Both the position numbers and the translations under genes were made by a program. Of a stretch of DNA of 64,000 nucleotides, positions 29,745-38,400 are shown piece after piece. Positions within the stretch are counted from its first letter, which is position 1, and the number at the start of each line of letters is the position of its first letter. Source of the stretch: a virus (taxonomy: Duplodnaviria > Caudoviricetes). The notes below the pieces were generated by a model. The model searched no databases. It was not told the DNA's origin and saw only the letters and a program-made list of their open reading frames with translations. Where the stretch lies: the IMG/VR virus record IMGVR_UViG_3300031998_000051, positions 1-64,000 of that record; one strand, given 5' to 3'.

Positions 29745-29798
29745 TTCTGACCGTCGTTGTTGTCATCTGGATAATGGCGACGATGTGAGGTGGTAACG

Positions 29799-30134
29799 AT
29801 GCAGCTGAAAGACCTTACCTTTGGCACGTTTTTAGGCGCGGTTGTCGTGCTGCTGCTTCTGGTCGATATTTACATCAAGGTCATGACCGCGATTAAGACG
29901 GCCAGAGAAGAAAAACGACGGCGCGATTCGCCCGTCACGACGCTGGAGGATACTGTGAAGGACCATACCGCAAAGCTGAAAAACGATCACGGAAGACTGA
30001 ACGAGCTGGAGGATAGCAACCGGGTAATCATGCGGGCGCTGATGGCGCTGCTCTCGCATGAGATCAGCGGGAACAGCGATGAGAAGCTGATAGCGTCCTT
30101 GGACGAGATTCAGAAGTTCCTGATCGAAAAATGA
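29799..30134 (+). CDS. Holin-like/hemolysin XhlA-like membrane protein
   Basis: N-terminal TM helix then coiled coil; in the lysis cassette. Confidence 0.6.
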   Translation: MQLKDLTFGTFLGAVVVLLLLVDIYIKVMTAIKTAREEKRRRDSPVTTLEDTVKDHTAKLKNDHGRLNELEDSNRVIMRALMALLSHEISGNSDEKLIASLDEIQKFLIEK

Positions 30135-30216
30135 CGAAATACTTGGATTTCGTATAAGTACACCTATACGTTTTCACATGAAAAATGCAGATTCAATGGA
30201 CGATGAAAGGGGTATC

Positions 30217-30705
30217 ATCATGAAGAAGATTCTCACTGTCCTGCTGGCCGCGATTCTGATGGCTGTTTTTTGCCTTTCCTGCATGGCCGAGACTGCCGCC
30301 GAGCCTCCTGCTGTCATGTTCACCGTGAACATCACACAGCTGCTCATCTCCATCATCGGCGTAATATTCAGTGCGCTGTTGGCCTGGATCATCAAGGCAA
30401 TCATCCCTCCCGTAAAAACGTGGCTGGATGAACATACTACCAATGAACAACAGACCCGCGCTTGGACGATGATAAAATGGCTGGTCGAAGCTGCCGAGCA
30501 GACAATTACAGGATACGCCAAAGGCTCGAAGCGTCTCGACTGGGTCATATCAGAATTGAAGAAACGCGGAATAGAAGCTGACCGCGCCATGATCGAAGCC
30601 GCTGTGAAGGAAATGAAAGATAAGGCCAGGGCGGACATCGCCAAGGCAATCACGACGGATGATGACTGCGAAGAATGCAGGATCAGCTTTGATGACGGGA
30701 AGTAA
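30217..30705 (+). CDS. Holin (LL-H-like)
   Basis: Two hydrophobic segments; WLVEAAEQ..G..KRLDWV..IEAAVKEM. Confidence 0.75.
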   Translation: MMKKILTVLLAAILMAVFCLSCMAETAAEPPAVMFTVNITQLLISIIGVIFSALLAWIIKAIIPPVKTWLDEHTTNEQQTRAWTMIKWLVEAAEQTITGYAKGSKRLDWVISELKKRGIEADRAMIEAAVKEMKDKARADIAKAITTDDDCEECRISFDDGK

Positions 30706-30714
30706 ATAAGGTTA

Positions 30715-30749
30715 GGCCCTGCCGATGGTGGCAGGGCCTGTTTTTTTGT
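30715..30749. terminator. Terminator at the end of the late operon (probably bidirectional)
   Basis: AGGCCCTGCC-gatggt-GGCAGGGCCT then GTTTTTTT. Confidence 0.85.
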
Positions 30750-30754
30750 TTTGG

Positions 30755-31021
30755 CTATTCGTTGAGCAATTCAAGCAACAACATCTTCTGGTTGAATCCA
30801 ATGCGGTAGCTCATCCACAGATAGTCAACAACGTGCTCATACATCGCGCCGTCATCGTTGCCGTTCTTGCGGTAAACCAAAAGCCTGCTAAGGACATTTA
30901 TGTCCCTGTCAGTCAGATAGTGCTTTTCGCTGGCATATTTGACGGTGTCTCTGATCATTGTCACCGTGATGTTCAGCAGCTTCTCATCCATATCGTCATA
31001 GTATTTATCGGTGATGCTCAT
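30755..31021 (-). CDS. Hypothetical protein
   Basis: 88 aa ORF with RBS AAAGGAG. Confidence 0.6.
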   Translation of the reverse strand: MSITDKYYDDMDEKLLNITVTMIRDTVKYASEKHYLTDRDINVLSRLLVYRKNGNDDGAMYEHVVDYLWMSYRIGFNQKMLLLELLNE

Positions 31022-31066
31022 CGGTGGCTCCTTTCTGCCGTCGTAACCTTCGTGGAGGGTGCCTTG

Positions 31067-31207
31067 TTAATCCAGCGAATCAAAGTAGTCGGCTTCTGCT
31101 CTCGCGTTCTGGATGTAGTGGTAAGCGTCCCAGTCATCCTCGGTCCAGCTATCGCGTCCGATGCTGTTCAGGCGCTCCATCTCTTCATCTGCCCATGTTC
31201 TCGCCAT
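31067..31207 (-). CDS. Hypothetical 46-aa acidic protein (not in ORF track)
   Basis: MARTWADEEMERLNSIGRDSWTEDDWDAYHYIQNARAEADYFDSLD; RBS AGGAAGG. Confidence 0.55.
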   Translation of the reverse strand: MARTWADEEMERLNSIGRDSWTEDDWDAYHYIQNARAEADYFDSLD

Positions 31208-31257
31208 TGTAATTTCCTTCCTGGGGCGGTTTCGCCGCCGCCCCTCGGCCTTTCGTG

Positions 31258-31707
31258 CTATCCAGCGATCTTGCCCTTGAACATCAGGTCGAACAGCATC
31301 GCCTTGAGCCTCATGATCTCATGCTCGCTCTCTGCGGCTTTCTTTTCCCACTTCGCGCACTCGCCATCCAGGCGGCAAACTTCCATGTCCAGGTAATGAA
31401 CCTGTTCCCGCAGACCTTCATTGACGCGCACCGTCTCGGCCTGACGGCCTTTGGCAAGGTTGGCTTCGGTCATCGCGGTCTTAACCTTCTCCATAGCCTC
31501 CTGCGCTTCTGCCTTGGCCTTGGCTTCGCCCCTGTTGGCGCATTCGATGCTGTTGGTCACGCTATAGGCGGCATCCCATTCAATGTTCTGGTCGGCCAGC
31601 TCCCAGGCTCCCTCAAACGCCGTTCCAATGTAGCTCTGCGGCCCAAGCTCCGCGACGATCTTCTTCATCTTCTCAAGCGCCCGGCGTTCTTGCTCTTTGG
31701 TGGTCAT
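31258..31707 (-). CDS. Hypothetical coiled-coil protein
   Basis: MTTKEQERRALEKMKKIVAELG; RBS AAGGAGG. Confidence 0.7.
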   Translation of the reverse strand: MTTKEQERRALEKMKKIVAELGPQSYIGTAFEGAWELADQNIEWDAAYSVTNSIECANRGEAKAKAEAQEAMEKVKTAMTEANLAKGRQAETVRVNEGLREQVHYLDMEVCRLDGECAKWEKKAAESEHEIMRLKAMLFDLMFKGKIAG

Positions 31708-31720
31708 TTCGTAAACCTCC

Positions 31721-31795
31721 TTAAGCCTTGAAAATAGCACGCGCAATTCCGCGCAAAACCATGTAGATAACTGCGAATGCGATAATGAATTTCAT
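31721..31795 (-). CDS. 24-aa hydrophobic peptide
   Basis: MKFIIAFAVIYMVLRGIARAIFKA with RBS GGAGG. Confidence 0.5.
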   Translation of the reverse strand: MKFIIAFAVIYMVLRGIARAIFKA

Positions 31796-31857
31796 CTTGA
31801 CGTTCCTCCGTTTTTATGATATATTTTTGGTGTGGGGCGGTTGCCCGCCCCAGTCGG

Positions 31858-31986
31858 TCAGTTAAGTCCCAAGAGCTTAATGATGATCGCTGTGATCAGG
31901 CCGACCATCAGGTCGATTAAAGCGGGTGCCAGCCACTTTTCGACCCACGCCGGAAGTTTGTGTTTCCGGCGTTTTCTTTTGCTCAT
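31858..31986 (-). CDS. 42-aa basic/transmembrane peptide
   Basis: MSKRKRRKHKLPAWVEKWLAPALIDLMVGLITAIIIKLLGLN; RBS AAAGGGGG; consensus promoter upstream. Confidence 0.65.
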   Translation of the reverse strand: MSKRKRRKHKLPAWVEKWLAPALIDLMVGLITAIIIKLLGLN

Positions 31987-32040
31987 TTTAACCACCCCCT
32001 TTAGTTTATTGTCATTCGGTATTCCCTCCTGACATTTTCA

Positions 32041-32112
32041 ATTATATCATAGTTGCCCATAATTGTCAATAGTTGCCCATAAGTTTGATTGTTAAATATT
32101 AGTTGCCCATAA
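32041..32112. promoter_or_regulatory. Leftward sigma-A promoter overlapped by three TAGTTGCCCATAA direct repeats
   Basis: Minus-strand TTGACA (32064-69), 17 bp, TATAAT (32041-46); repeats at 32050, 32070, 32100. Confidence 0.85.
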
Positions 32113-32137
32113 GTATTATATTGAAATATGTGCTCCT

Positions 32138-32416
32138 ATGCGTTATAATACCAATATGAGGAGCGTGATCGAAATGGGAAAACAAAACATTCAGGCCATC
32201 AACAAATGGCAAACGGAGAACACAGAGCTTATCCGCATTAGGCCCAGGAAAGACGAGTATCTGATCGAACGCATTCAGATGGCGGTAGACGCTGGCAAGA
32301 CCAAGAGCAGACAAGGGTTTATCATAGAAGCCATAAAAGAAAAATTGGAGCGGGATGGGATCCCGATCATCGATCCATTCATCGAATGCACCGACAATGA
32401 AGCTCCGGGCGAATAA
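32138..32416 (+). CDS. Ribbon-helix-helix/Arc-like regulator (antitoxin-like)
   Basis: AINKWQTENTELIRIR..IQMAVDAG..SRQGFIIEAIKEKL; actual start may be 32173. Confidence 0.65.
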   Translation: MRYNTNMRSVIEMGKQNIQAINKWQTENTELIRIRPRKDEYLIERIQMAVDAGKTKSRQGFIIEAIKEKLERDGIPIIDPFIECTDNEAPGE

Positions 32417-32429
32417 CCCGGAGCCTTTT

Positions 32430-33182
32430 TCATTCTGCGCTTGCCCGCGCTTTTCTGGCTTTTGCGTATCCGGCGTACCGTGCATTCAATGCGGCCTTTT
32501 CCTCTGGTGTCATGGCCGCTCGTTTTGCCCTGCGCCGCTCATTGTCCCTGTCGTACTGGGCGCGTTTCTGTTCCGGCGTAAGAGCGGCGAATCGCTCTGC
32601 GGCCTTTTTCCTTGCCTTTTCGCGGCGTTCCTCATCGCTCATGGGCGGCTTCTTCTCTTGGCGCGTCTTGCCCTGTTCGGCCAGCTTGCGGTCGTATCTG
32701 GCCTTTGCCCATGCAGTTTTCTTTTCGCGGTACTCTTTCGCTTTTTCATGGAAGGCATAGCCGCAAACAAGTATCGGTTTGTCCTTCCGGGTTCCAATGC
32801 GGCAGTTCCCAACGCAAATGGGCGTTTTCACCACCAAATTTGCGAACATGGTATTCAGCCGGTTGCGCCATGCGCTGATGAAGAAGCAATGAAACTTTTT
32901 CCCGATGTCTTTAAAAGTCTTTTTCACCACAAGCTCCCAGAGCAGAATCAGCGCTTCGCCCATGGCATCATCAAACGTCCAGGAGAAGGCATTCAGAAAG
33001 CCCTTGCTTGCATTCAAGATGATGGGCTTCATGCGGTAGTGAAGCTCCTTCAAACCGGCATCCAGTGGCGTCGTGGCGGCGCACAGTGCGGCGTATAGGG
33101 CTTCATTGGAAACGCCTTCATAGGCTGGGTCGAAGGTGTAGCAAGGCCGATCTGCGGCCTTCTTGTCGATTGCCTGCATCAT
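32430..33182 (-). CDS. Protein with sigma-70 region 2-like N-terminal domain and basic coiled-coil tail
   Basis: YRMKPII..DDAMGEALILLWELV..FHCFFISAWRNRLNTMF; MSDEERR/LTPEQKR/MTPEEKA repeats. Confidence 0.55.
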   Translation of the reverse strand: MMQAIDKKAADRPCYTFDPAYEGVSNEALYAALCAATTPLDAGLKELHYRMKPIILNASKGFLNAFSWTFDDAMGEALILLWELVVKKTFKDIGKKFHCFFISAWRNRLNTMFANLVVKTPICVGNCRIGTRKDKPILVCGYAFHEKAKEYREKKTAWAKARYDRKLAEQGKTRQEKKPPMSDEERREKARKKAAERFAALTPEQKRAQYDRDNERRRAKRAAMTPEEKAALNARYAGYAKARKARASAE

Positions 33183-33342
33183 GGTGGTGACCTCCTTGTG
33201 TGTTTCTCTTTGGTAGTGTGTACATTACCATAGGTGCGCCAGTATTGGAATACCAGACGTACACAAGAATCACAGCCATGAATTGTTGGTATCGATCTAT
33301 GAGAATAGCGGCTCTTTATCAGAGCCGCCTTGTTCTTATTGG

Positions 33343-33759
33343 TTATTCATCGGTATCAGATTCGGCAATGAGGCCGCACTCAACCAAGTACTTCTGTATG
33401 GCTTCGCGCATCCGCTTGTCCTCTTCGGCGCGTCTGTTTTCTTCATCGCGCTTCTTTTTCTCCGCTGCCTTGACGGCGCGTTCCGACCGGGCATGCGCCA
33501 CCTGTTCACGAATGGCGCGATCTCGCTCCTCACCTTCCAAGATCTCTGAATCCTTCACTAAAACCAACACCTCATCAATGTTTTTCTGGAGGGCATAGCA
33601 GAGCCTGCCGAGGTCATCAAGCGTAATGCTGTTGTTCATTCCGCTGATGATTTCGCCGATGGTTGTAGGTCGAATACCAGTGATGTCTGCCAAATCCACG
33701 CGCCGGAAATCGAACTCGCCAATCCAGATCTCCTTCACGTTCCACTTTACTCGCCACAT
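33343..33759 (-). CDS. XRE-family HTH regulator with coiled-coil tail
   Basis: DLADITGIRPTTIGEI..ITLDDLGRLCYALQKNIDEVL. Confidence 0.85.
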   Translation of the reverse strand: MWRVKWNVKEIWIGEFDFRRVDLADITGIRPTTIGEIISGMNNSITLDDLGRLCYALQKNIDEVLVLVKDSEILEGEERDRAIREQVAHARSERAVKAAEKKKRDEENRRAEEDKRMREAIQKYLVECGLIAESDTDE

Positions 33760-33919
33760 GTCAAAAGCCTCCTTGCGTTATATTTTACCAGACCATGGCG
33801 TTTTAGTCTGGCTTTTGTTAGCTTATGGCGAAATTCGGCAGACAACAAGGATTCTGTGATTTACGGATGATGCTTGTTAGTAAATCACGGATTCCGTTAG
33901 AAAATAGGTGATTGCAAGC

Positions 33920-33966
33920 AAAAAAACCAGACGATATGCGTCATAAAAGACGCTGTTCGTCTGGTT
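33920..33966 (-). terminator. Terminator after the integrase
   Basis: AACCAGACGA/TCGTCTGGTT with inner GCGTC/GACGC; T tract on the minus strand. Confidence 0.7.
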
Positions 33967-33975
33967 CACAAAAGT

Positions 33976-35616
33976 TTAACAACCTACCGCCTCGGGAAAA
34001 TACCAGGTAATCACAAATCCAGAGGATGTAAGCGCTATTTTGTTATTGAGATTGCAGGTTAGCGCAAGGTCGGTGATGGTGTACCATCTTCGACTTACGC
34101 TAACCCTATCACCGTTAGCGGATTGCCCGGAATCTTCGGATTCCGGGTTTTCATTTTCCATGAGCCGAATTTCGAACATCTTCTTTTCTCCCGTGAAGTC
34201 CACGGACATAACGAAATGATCCTTGTACAGATAAACAGCCCGCACAAAGTCGCGGATTATCATCCGTTGAAAATCCGGATCCTTATAGTCACCTTTGCGG
34301 ATGGATTCCAGATAATCCACCACCAAATCCCTGTCGATGTCCAGGGTGTTGTATTTCTCTATGGCGATCAGCCCTTCGAGCTTCTTCTTATCGGCCTGCA
34401 GCACTTCCATGCGCTCTTTGACCTCATCCGACATTATGCCCATTTCAATGGCGCGGATGATGTTGTCGATCTGTTTCTTGGTGGCGGTGAGCCGCTTTTC
34501 ATATGTGGCCATTTTCGACTTCGCATTGTACTTTTTGACGAAAACGACCATGTTGTCAGCGATCCAGTTCACCGTGGAATCATCCAGCACGCATTCAAGA
34601 ACAGCCTTGGTAATCTCGGCTTCGATGTATTCCTTTGAAATGTTCGACTTTTCGCAGGCGTTCTGCGTCCGGCGCGTCTGGCAGGCATAGTAAAAATACT
34701 TGGTGCCAAGGTGTCCGGTCCCAGAGTAGCCCACCATTGCACCGCAGCAATAGCCACAGAACAGCTTCCCAGTCACAAGATAATCGTTATTCTCATGCCG
34801 CCTTGCACGAATAATCTTATATTCGCCCAGCTTCTTTTTCGCCATTTCAAAATCACTCCGTTCTATGATCTGCGGCATACCGCCCTCGATGCGGATGTCA
34901 TCATAAATATATGTCCCGGTATAGCGTTCGTTTTCAAGGATATTGTGAAACGAGTTTTTCTTCCATGGCTTTTTCTGCTTTGTCAGGACGCCACGGCTGT
35001 TCAACTCCCTGGCGATGTCGATGTACGTTTCATCATTGATAAACCGCCGGAAGATTTCAGCGACGATCTTTGCGGCTTCCTCATCCAGCGCATATCGCCC
35101 ATCATCGCCCTTCTTATAGCCATACGGGATGGTGGAGACAACCTTGCACTTCTGGGCGCTGTCCCGGAGTCCGCGCCGGATGTCCTCGGCCATGTTCTCG
35201 GAATAGAACTGGTTCATGTTCATCATGGTGCGGAGCATGAACCGACCTGTGGCATTATCCTCGAATGCCTCTTTGCAATACACGACACGGACGCCAGCAC
35301 GCGAAAGACGCTCCTCATAGCGGAGAGCGTTGGTCATGTTGCGGCTGATGCGGTTGGACTTGTAAGCCAGGAGCACCTGGAACTCATGCCGATCAGCAGC
35401 GCGGAGCATCCGTTGAAGCCCTGGGCGGTTGTCCCTTTTGCCGGAGATTGCGCGATCTTCAAAGGTGGCGACTATTATCAATCCATGTTGTTTTGCGTAA
35501 TCCTGGCACTCCGCGACCTGCTGCTCGATGCTGGCATCGTTCTGGACGGATGAAGAATACCGGGCATAGATTGCCGTGTTGAGTTGATCGAGTGCCTGTG
35601 TTTTCGTTTTTTTCAT
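33976..35616 (-). CDS. Large serine recombinase (integrase)
   Basis: AIYARYSS catalytic Ser, DRAISGKRDNRPGLQRML, DNATGRFM..QFYSEN, zinc ribbon CGYC...C. Confidence 0.95.
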   Translation of the reverse strand: MKKTKTQALDQLNTAIYARYSSSVQNDASIEQQVAECQDYAKQHGLIIVATFEDRAISGKRDNRPGLQRMLRAADRHEFQVLLAYKSNRISRNMTNALRYEERLSRAGVRVVYCKEAFEDNATGRFMLRTMMNMNQFYSENMAEDIRRGLRDSAQKCKVVSTIPYGYKKGDDGRYALDEEAAKIVAEIFRRFINDETYIDIARELNSRGVLTKQKKPWKKNSFHNILENERYTGTYIYDDIRIEGGMPQIIERSDFEMAKKKLGEYKIIRARRHENNDYLVTGKLFCGYCCGAMVGYSGTGHLGTKYFYYACQTRRTQNACEKSNISKEYIEAEITKAVLECVLDDSTVNWIADNMVVFVKKYNAKSKMATYEKRLTATKKQIDNIIRAIEMGIMSDEVKERMEVLQADKKKLEGLIAIEKYNTLDIDRDLVVDYLESIRKGDYKDPDFQRMIIRDFVRAVYLYKDHFVMSVDFTGEKKMFEIRLMENENPESEDSGQSANGDRVSVSRRWYTITDLALTCNLNNKIALTSSGFVITWYFPEAVGC

Positions 35617-35733
35617 AGACATCTTGCCTTTCGGTTTAATGTCTGCTATAATGAAATAGCAGACGATGAACTTGCCTTGTGAATCGGACTGTATAGCCTG
35701 CACCTGTGTGGCCGCACGGATGCGGGCGCTTTT

Positions 35734-36258
35734 TTATTTGAAATTGAGCGTTACGGGCGGCACGTCGTAGGAATTATAATCCGCATCATCGCAGTAGAAG
35801 GAAAGCTCAACCGTCTCCACTTCTTCAATGGTGCTGATGTTCGCATCGGTCAGTAGCAATTTGAAATGCTCTTTTGCCTTATGTCCAGCTTCAATCTCGA
35901 TGTAGCCGACATGCTCCACCTGCCAGCCATTGATTGAAGACGTATTGACATAAATCTCGAAATTCTTATCCGAATTGTTCTCAACTACAAAATCAATTTG
36001 CAGCGCGTCATTCTCATCCACGTAATCGTCAAGGCTATAAGATTGAACCGTTGCTTTGACGCCTTCCACATCAAACAGCACGGCTCCATCAATGCCGGAG
36101 GCGGATCCGCCGCGCTTTGCAAGCTCGGCCTGGGCATTGGCGATCTCGGCTTGAATTGTCGCGTCATCCATTGATGCCCAATCAATCTCGGCAGCGAATG
36201 CAGAACAGCCAACCAGCGTTAGGACAAGCACCAGCAACGTACACTTGAACATCTTCAT
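35734..36258 (-). CDS. Exported acidic protein (signal peptide, beta-sandwich)
   Basis: MKMFKCTLLVLVLTLVGCSAFA signal; VENNSDKNFEIYVNTSSINGWQV. Confidence 0.65.
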   Translation of the reverse strand: MKMFKCTLLVLVLTLVGCSAFAAEIDWASMDDATIQAEIANAQAELAKRGGSASGIDGAVLFDVEGVKATVQSYSLDDYVDENDALQIDFVVENNSDKNFEIYVNTSSINGWQVEHVGYIEIEAGHKAKEHFKLLLTDANISTIEEVETVELSFYCDDADYNSYDVPPVTLNFK

Positions 36259-36328
36259 AACGACATCTCCTTTCATCTGTTACTCAAGAAAGCATTCAAG
36301 GAAATACTCTATATGCGTTTATCCCTCC

Positions 36329-37135
36329 TTATTCTTCTATGTAGTCGTAAAGCGTAATAGTGACCTTTGCGTAGTAGCCGATGGAATCGCGCTGGATGTC
36401 GCCATCCTCATCGAGCATCTTGCTTTTGCCTCCCTTGATTTCTATATCGACATCCAGAATATCATCATTTTCTATCAGTTTTCTGACGTGGCTCACGCTG
36501 CCGCTTTTGATATAACCGATATGCACATTATTCGCCATTACCTTAATGGCATAATTGCCGGTTTCGGCATTGTGTTCTTCTGGTACCAATTCAGCAGAAA
36601 CTGAATCAAATTCATATTGGTAAACCCTTTCCCACGGTGAAAAGTTTTCTTTGAATTCTGATTTTGACAAATCATAATCATAATTATAGAGCCCAATGGA
36701 TTGAATTTCACTTTGCCTAAATGAAACGCCAGCAACTTTATGATTCTCCGTTTTGTGCAGTCTTTTTGCGGGTGTCATTACTGCTGGTGCTGGCGTTGTT
36801 GTTGGCTTCGGTGTTGTCATTTTTACACTGAATGTATATGATGGTGTCGGCGCAGGCGGCTCCGTGGGAACTGTTGTAGGTGTCTGCGGCGTGGAAGGTG
36901 TGAATGGTTCCATCTTGGGCTTTGGCTTCAGCTTTCTGGCAATGGTGCCACACAAACGCTTGATCGAGGTAATGAAAATCACCATCATGCCAAGCGCTCC
37001 AATCCCGGTTCCAGGATTGGAGTCTGGCGCAGAATTCTTGCTGATCATGTTCATGGCCATGCCAACGCACATAATCAGCAATCCGATTATGAATCCGCTC
37101 TTATACCATGGGCGTTTGATTTTCACATAGATCAT
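36329..37135 (-). CDS. Membrane protein with Pro/Thr linker and C-terminal HIRAN-like domain
   Basis: Two TM helices; HKVAGVSFRQ, LVPEEHN..YAIKVMANNVHIGYI. Confidence 0.7.
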   Translation of the reverse strand: MIYVKIKRPWYKSGFIIGLLIMCVGMAMNMISKNSAPDSNPGTGIGALGMMVIFITSIKRLCGTIARKLKPKPKMEPFTPSTPQTPTTVPTEPPAPTPSYTFSVKMTTPKPTTTPAPAVMTPAKRLHKTENHKVAGVSFRQSEIQSIGLYNYDYDLSKSEFKENFSPWERVYQYEFDSVSAELVPEEHNAETGNYAIKVMANNVHIGYIKSGSVSHVRKLIENDDILDVDIEIKGGKSKMLDEDGDIQRDSIGYYAKVTITLYDYIEE

Positions 37136-37247
37136 CCTTTCTAACAAAATCCGTTAGACGCTTCCAAAGTCATATTCTGGTAGAATTTTTATGCTATAAT
37201 CCTTCCAGCCACCGGTGAGCAAGATTATTCTATGGAGGTTGTTGCTT

Positions 37248-37382
37248 ATGGTTACTGACGCTGAATTGAATCTGGCGCTGTCTATTTTCCGGGCTCTGTC
37301 GCAGGAGAATCAGAAGATTTTGCTTGATCTCTCAAGAGAGCTGCGGAAATTACAAGAAGAATATGCCGATTCTGATCGTTGA
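37248..37382 (+). CDS. 44-aa antisense ORF resembling the CI C-terminal helix (candidate antirepressor)
   Basis: RBS GGAGG 37234-38, extended -10 TGCTATAAT 37192-37200; FRALSQENQKILLDLSREL versus CI FSALNDQNRHILLVISAAL. Confidence 0.6.
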   Translation: MVTDAELNLALSIFRALSQENQKILLDLSRELRKLQEEYADSDR

Positions 37383-37674
37383 GTGCAGAGAAGTTATCTA
37401 AAAACTCCTGTTCAAAGATCGTAAGCCCGCCCGATACGGTGGGCTTTTCTTCGTTCTGGTCAAGCAGTTCATCGGGATCTGCTTTTAAGAAATAGTCAAG
37501 CTCCATACCCAAAGCATCAGCAAACTGCTGGATCATCTGCAAATTCACCTTTTCATTATCTCTCTTGATAATAGAATAGATGGTGTTTTTGCTTATTCCA
37601 GTCATTGTTGCCAGTGTTCCAGGCTTTATTCCCTTCATCTTCAAAGCCTCTTCTAACTTTTTTCCGAGTGCCAT
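37282..37674 (-). CDS. CI-like repressor (XRE HTH, no peptidase domain)
   Basis: LATMTGISKNTIYSIIKRD..IQQFADALGM; divergent from cro. Confidence 0.9.
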   Translation of the reverse strand: MALGKKLEEALKMKGIKPGTLATMTGISKNTIYSIIKRDNEKVNLQMIQQFADALGMELDYFLKADPDELLDQNEEKPTVSGGLTIFEQEFLDNFSALNDQNRHILLVISAALLRDQAKSSDSPATEPGK

Positions 37675-37710
37675 TTGATTTCACCTCCATACGAAATTTC
37701 TGTTACCTTT

Positions 37711-37828
37711 ATTATATATGTCTTAACAAAAAATGTCAATGAAAAAATTTTGCATTTGCACAGATTTTCTATTGACAAGCACGCAAATTCGTGCTATTAT
37801 TAGGTCACAAAGCACGCAAATGCGGGCT
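37711..37828. promoter_or_regulatory. Lysis/lysogeny switch: back-to-back promoters and operators
   Basis: Minus: TTGACA 37734-39, 17 bp, TATAAT 37711-16. Plus: TTGACA 37772-77, 17 bp, TATTAT 37795-800. Palindrome AGCACGCAAATTCGTGCT in the spacer; second site AGCACGCAAATGCGGGCT at 37811. Confidence 0.9.
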
Positions 37829-37854
37829 TTTGAACCGGTAAAGGAGGTGAAACA

Positions 37855-38067
37855 ATGTATCCGAATTTGGAAAGCGTCATGACGCTTAAGGGCATTACCT
37901 TAGAGAATTTTGCTGCCGCGCTTCACATTCACCGCAACACTGCAGCAAATAAGCTCAAGGGTGAGAGTGATTTCACTTACCCGGAAGCGATGATCATCTC
38001 GGAAGTTCTTTTTCCCGAGTATAAGGCGTCGTACCTGTTCAAACGGAAAGTCGAAGATGTAGGATAG
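37855..38067 (+). CDS. Cro-like XRE regulator
   Basis: MYPNLES.M..KGIT.ENFAAALHIHRNTAANKLKGESDFT; RBS AAAGGAGGTGA. Confidence 0.9.
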   Translation: MYPNLESVMTLKGITLENFAAALHIHRNTAANKLKGESDFTYPEAMIISEVLFPEYKASYLFKRKVEDVG

Positions 38068-38081
38068 GGAGATGAGTAGCA

Positions 38082-38267
38082 TTGGAATCAACGGCCACCA
38101 GCGGCGTGATCCGGCACGAGCTGATCCCGGAGCATACGCGCACGGACATCATGGAGGTAGTGTTCAAGGGCGTCACAGCCTACCAGCGTTACCTTCAAGA
38201 AAGCCCGGAGCGTATGCGGCAGTATCTGGAGCGAAAAGCCGAGCGGCAGAACGCTCAGCGCAAATGA
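38082..38267 (+). CDS. Hypothetical protein
   Basis: TTG start after GGAG; 61 aa. Confidence 0.5.
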   Translation: MESTATSGVIRHELIPEHTRTDIMEVVFKGVTAYQRYLQESPERMRQYLERKAERQNAQRK

Positions 38268-38400
38268 AAGCGGCCCGCTGCTGGACATCAGCGAACCGCT
38301 CAGGTTAGAGAGATGAGCGTTAGGATTATCGGGCGATAACCTGTTGAAATGGCTCACCATTATTCTATATGATTTGCGGACTTTTGTCAAGGAGCGATTT

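Noticed and set aside
33925-33966. Inverted repeat as attP
   Set aside because: Stem-loop plus T tract just after the integrase stop fits a terminator better
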